A stretch of 64,000 nucleotides of DNA from Octopus bimaculoides. Its lineage: Eukaryota. The position numbers were made by a program, and so were the translations under genes. Below are positions 62,340-64,000 of the stretch, piece by piece. Where the stretch lies: assembly GCF_001194135.2 (NCBI RefSeq), contig NC_068984.1, positions 137,686,590 to 137,750,589 of the forward strand. Reading direction: 5' to 3'. Position 1 is the first letter of the stretch. Every line of letters begins with the position of its first letter. The notes beneath the pieces were generated by a model that saw only the letters and a program-made list of their open reading frames with translations, had not been told where the DNA came from and did not search any database.

Positions 62340-62525
62340 CACCCCGGACAAAATGCTTAGCAGCATTACTTTCGGCTTTACGTTCTGAGTTCAAATTCTG
62401 CCAAAGCCAATTTTACCTTTTTCCTTTCGGGGACAATAAAATAAGTACCATTTGAGAACTGGGATCCATGCAATTGACTGTCTCCTTCCCACCAAATTTC
62501 CTGTCTTGTGCCTACAGTGGAAAGG
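62340..62525 (+). mobile_element. GGCGGCGAGCTGG-family SINE, 5'-truncated
   Basis: GGACAAAATGCTTAG...CGTTCTGAGTTCAAATTC...CCTTTCGGGG. Confidence 0.7.
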
Positions 62526-62933
62526 TGTTTAATTTTTCTTAATCAGACTCTTTCATCATGTTCCTTTCTTTCTCAGAGATACGGATATACGCACGCACGC
62601 ACATACAGGTGAATACATAAAATCATATCTGTTATGGGTATCAGAATCGGTGGGCCGGTGGGCAAATACACTGTTTGGTGTTTGGTGGCGTCTCTTTACA
62701 TTCCGATTTCAAACTGCTCCCGATTCAGTGTCGTCTTTCATCTTTGGAAAGTCGATGAAATAAGCAGCAAACAAGTACTGAGATCGATATAATCGACCAT
62801 AGCTTTAACGGTAAAGTCTCAGTAATAGTAAATTAAGAAAAATAAATAATATATAAATATTTATTTATATGTATACATATATACAAATATATATATATGT
62901 GTTGATGTATTCGTCTATGAGCGTGTGTGTGCG

Positions 62934-62972
<39 letters not shown>

Positions 62973-64000
62973 ATGTATGTATGTATATATGTCACATTCT
63001 CTTTTAAAAGGTGAATGAATGACACCTATAAGTTCTATGTCCAAGGAGACATTAATGTTGGGTGAATCAGTGCAGTAGAGGTTTTTTTTTCTCAGGCATG
63101 TGGCAAGAAATACTTATGTTGAGATTAAATTCACATCCTTCTAATATAAATGTGTATTGAGCACGTTTTCTTTTTTTTTTCTTTATTTGTGCGCTGATAT
63201 ATAGGGAGACATTTATATCTGTCTGTCTATCCAGTGACGCGAGAAGACTGTCGCCTATATTTTCGCAAGGTGACCAATTCATTTAGGTCATTTTTAGTGG
63301 TACAAGATGAATATCGCCACAAAAGGGTCCAACCACATTGCTTCTCTGCATATCTCGGCTGTTAAAAAAAATGGTACATTTGATAATTCCGTGAGGAATT
63401 ATTAAATGCCATGGAAGACAAGGATGGGTGAAGGACCAGGAACAAGCGAATCCAAGCAAACTCAACACCATATTCTCTCTCTCTCCCTCTCTCCCTCTCT
63501 CTCCTCTCTCTCCTCTCCTTTCTCTACCTCTGCCTGTCTGTTTGCCTGTCTGTCTGTCTCTATTCATCCGTCTATCAGTATCTATTTATCTACCTATCTG
63601 CACACATGCACATATAGCTGGATTCAATGAATTATCGATCATTTGAGATTACGACAACTATCAATAATAACTTCGATTTATAGCTACTTAGAGCAGTATG
63701 TTGCGGGATACTTCTTTTGTGCGATTTTTTAATAGTCTTTAATAATATTTGAAAATAGATACTAGATTATCTGTAGATACATAAATATCATACCAAGAGT
63801 AAGAATAAGAGGCTGCGCAAATATATATTTATGAATCATATTTATTATGCTCACTTGAGATTTAAAAGCAGTACTTTGTACGCTTTCCAGCCTTAGAACC
63901 ATATGACTTAATTATACGCACTGTCTATTCTATACAGTTCTCTAACAGCGAGAAAAAGTTCTCACAGAAATGAAACTTTAGCTTAGCATTGTTTACTTTT

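Noticed and set aside
63283-63646. Overlapping ORFs near the window end
   Set aside because: Largely (CT)n/(GA)n-derived, with no recognisable protein motif.

Overview
AT-rich, repeat-dense eukaryotic DNA with N gaps. The SINE families, microsatellite load and gap style suggest an octopus draft genome (inference). Two protein-coding genes are supported. (1) The last two coding exons of an invertebrate claudin/PMP22-like tetraspan gene on + (6002-6154 and 15377-15597, joined in phase across a 9.2-kb intron). (2) A neuropeptide precursor on - (44478-45104, 208 aa) with all coding sequence in one exon, a signal peptide, a perfect Kozak start and a C-terminal 35-aa amidated ELH/CRF/DH44-family peptide. 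A candidate TATA/Inr promoter for it lies near 46.5 kb, next to a 70-bp minisatellite. An orphan NRF1/ETS/YY1 promoter at about 22.1 kb has no recognisable protein gene attached. The rest is mostly decayed mobile DNA: at least five tRNA-type SINE families, R4/Dong-like LINE pieces in (TAA)n, CR1-, RTE- and Tx1-like LINE fragments, Penelope remnants with minimal hammerhead-ribozyme motifs, a Tc1 relic and several MITEs. Repeat boundaries were read by eye and are approximate. Almost all other ORF-track entries are microsatellite or antisense artefacts.
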